Source of the DNA: Marsupella aquatica
Lineage: Eukaryota; Plantae; Marchantiophyta
Length of the DNA stretch: 64,000 nucleotides
Assembly: GCA_973895155.1 (NCBI GenBank)
Contig: OZ316893.1
Location: 4,322,490-4,386,489, forward strand
Direction: 5' to 3'
Numbering within the stretch: position 1 is the stretch's first letter; every line of letters begins with the position of its first letter. The notes below the pieces were generated by a model. The model was not told the origin of the DNA and made no database searches. It was given only the letters and a program-made list of their open reading frames with translations. This document shows, piece by piece, positions 60,994 to 64,000 of the stretch. A program made the translations under genes and the position numbers.

Positions 60994-61729
60994 CTTATCA
61001 ATGTCAGAACACCATTAGATTATTAATAGACTAAGACATTGATAAGATTACGTCTTAGTGTGCTCAGAACTCCAATAGCATCACAAATGATCTGGTGGTC
61101 AGCACACATGTATCTATACTGTCTTCTATACTATTATTTGGGTCCTGGTAACTACACATCAAAAATGACATATACAGTGTATGACATCCTTACATACCAT
61201 GATAATCCTTATTACTGTCTTTAGATAAATAAGTGCACACCTTAGATCAGCACATTTTTATGTGTGGCAGGGCTATAATTTGCAATGTAACTCTACCCTT
61301 CATGACCTACTCCAGAGACTGAAGCCATAGGCCATGATTATCTTATAATAACAAAACCTTGGTATTAAGAACATGCTTGTGGAGTCTTTACAGCCAGCCC
61401 TGGCTTGATGTGCATATGCACATGTATTTGGGCTAGTGTGAGATATTCACAATATGATCTGTTGAAGCCCCAGTTTTGTGAAATCCAAGAACTCAGAAAG
61501 GAAGTAATTATAGTATGATTACAAACATTTGAGTGCACTATTAGGATCTTCGTGATTTCAAGTACACAATTGTGTGCATCTTGACGCCTTTTCCCGCTTT
61601 TAAGATTGAAGGAATGGGTCAGCTACCCATGTATCTTGGCTGTTCACTTGGAGACTCTCCACGCACAATACTAACATCATTCTTTCATTGGTGGAAGTTC
61701 CTTTTCATTGGGTACGTGTCTCTTTTCCC

Positions 61730-61918
61730 CCTTTTTTCTGCCTTGAATTCAATTTTTGGTGTCTTTCACTTTGTATACTTTTTGTTGGGTCTTTAACTCT
61801 TGTTGTTTCTCTACTCAGCTTTTCCTCTTTTTTCTGCCTTGCATTCAATTTTTTTTGTGTCTTTCACTTTGTCTACTTTTTGTTGGGTCTTTAACTCTTG
61901 TTTGTTTCTCTACTCAGG
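61730..61918. repeat. ~98-bp T-rich tandem duplication
   Basis: Two copies of tttttctgccttg.attcaattttt..gtgtctttcactttgt.tactttttgttgggtctttaactcttg.tgtttctctactcag. Confidence 0.85.
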
Positions 61919-64000
61919 TTCTTAGATTTGTGTTTCATTAGACATGCAAATACCATTGCAGGCATATTGGAGGCAAGGAGGGGTGTATGGGTGGCTCTAT
62001 GGTGCAAAACATTTGTTTTTGATGAATGGCCAGGATTGGCTCCCCTTTTCTAGTGTAAACAGATGATGCAACCTTTGGCACAATAAAGTATTACAGTGCT
62101 TGATGATTGATGGTTTTGTACTATATATTCTCTAAAAGGCCCTTGTGTTCTTGACCTGGCTCATGGAGACTCTACTTGTCTTCTGTTTATGTAGCCCTTC
62201 CTTCTTTTAGCTATTATTTCTAGTTCAAAAAATTGTGTTTTTTCTAATTTGACCTACTTAGTCAATTAGGGGAGACATGAGGAAAACAACAAATGAGAAT
62301 GTCCAAATTTACTTACCAAGTCCTAATAAAGTACAACAATGAAGATAAAAGGTCCCCAAGGGAGAAGGAAAAGAAAAGAAAAAGAAAGATAAGAGACAAA
62401 GAAGATGTAGAAAATTGTATATTACAGTGGCAAGGGGCAAGAACGCCAAGCTGGGAGACATGGTCCCAATGGCAAAGCAGCGCAACAAGGGGTGGGGGGA
62501 GGAAGGGGAAAAGATCCCAAGAAAACCAAAGAAGTCTAACACCCCAAGGAATCCCCTAAAACAACAAAGGAACAAAGACAAAGAACTCACTAATAGTTGA
62601 GAAGAGTAACACTCTATTGAACGGAGAACTAAAAAGCCTGGTAAAGTTCCAGAGTAAATCACTTAGGAGAGTCAGGAAATGGAATATATCTAGAGGCCCT
62701 ATATATGAAGGAGAGTGAGAGCATGGACCCTTTGAAGTGCAAGAGACCCTGTTTGACAAATGGAGGCAGTGAGGACAGATACAAGGGGGTAAAGCCTCGG
62801 CTGGATACAAAAAAGTGTTATCAAGTTGGGAAAAGCAAGCACAAAATGAACCAATTGATAAAGCACAAACAAATGAAACATGGAAAGCTAAATCTGGAAC
62901 CAGCTAAAACAGATGCAAATATTTTGTTTGTTTGAGGTATTACTTCTCAGTTTTACATTGTTTTATGGTTATGCGGTCTAACTATTTTTCTTTGTCTTGC
63001 CTCAAACATGAATAGCCATGTTTGGTTCTTCTTGCATAAGTTATTGGTCTTGTTTGTGACCAATAGTGTTGATGAGGCTACATGTGCTTCCAGGGATTTT
63101 GGAAGGAGTTGGGTAAACTAGGGATTGAAAAACTTTGGATGGTTATAGTCATTGATATTAGTATTTTCTGGTAATTTGCTTCAATTTTTCTATTTGAGTG
63201 GCAAACTTTTGAAATAATGAGGGTAGAAAGAAACTCTGCAGTTTCTAGGGTAAAGTAAGAAATCCATTTGGTTACTATGGACAGTCAAATGCCAAGGGAA
63301 TGTAAGAAACCTTTTTGGTTACCATGGGAATGTAAAATACCCTTTGGGTACTTCACATTTTACATGGACTGTATGGAATGTCATATGGGTTGTATGGACA
63401 TCTAGGAATACCAAGGGAATGCTTGGACTGTTACCATGAATACTCTTCTTTTTTGTCCTCTCATCTCCATACTCAAACCTATTCTACTATGCAACTCTTT
63501 ATCTCTCCAACTTGTTCATTAACAGCCAACTTACATAACCAAGGGGTCCTCTAACTAATTGTAAAACTTTAGTTATAAAATTGGAAGGCAAGAAAAATAA
63601 AGCGGACAGAGGAGCGACAATAATCCTATTATTATTTTTGTCCCTAAGAATGACACTTTGGTCCAAAAAGTAATAAAGAAGGTAGGCTAGTCCCATGGCT
63701 TTAGTTGATGTTTGACGAAAGTAAAAGCTTGTAGGCCAGAAGTTTTCAAATGACTTTTCTTTGTCATTATTCAAAATATAAAAAATATATTGTTATTTTC
63801 TTTGGCATTTTGTAAATTGAATATATTTGAGCATCAAAAAGAGAGGGTGAATTTTCATGACAAAGGAATCAAATTTTGGGTTGAGCTTGCGTGATGGGTC
63901 CCCAGTCGGGAGGTAGGGGCAGGACAATTTCTGGCCAAGCAGGGGATAAAAAAATGCAACTTGCATGAAGGGGATCTCATCGGAAGTTCAAGGGATCACA

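Overview
Eukaryotic, land-plant genomic DNA (spliceosomal GT-AG introns; bryophyte/liverwort-like is my inference only). The first half (675-31286) is a four-level nest of LTR retrotransposons, and every level still has its 5-bp target-site duplication (TSD). An old solo LTR (TSD GGCAG) is split by a Ty1/copia element of the same LTR family (1683-31214, TSD TCTCT). That element is interrupted by a Ty3/gypsy non-chromovirus element (7908-30592, 1.87-kb LTRs, TSD CTCAC). The gypsy element carries two independent, oppositely oriented insertions of a ~4.65-kb TG...CA unit (11813-16468, TSD CCCAG; 21456-26091, TSD CCCCA). This unit has no gag/pol and is filled by one ~1200-codon ORF, which is homologous to the long extra ORF downstream of the host's integrase. 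The gypsy LTR itself encodes a ~200-aa protein resembling the RPA70 C-terminal OB-fold. These LTR-borne accessory genes are the most unusual features. The second half holds a 4-exon lipid phosphate phosphatase epsilon-like gene (-), a Harbinger remnant, non-autonomous Helitron-like ends with minisatellites, an 18-exon acetyl-CoA synthetase gene (+), and small tandem and inverted repeats. All coordinates and mismatch counts were read by eye.
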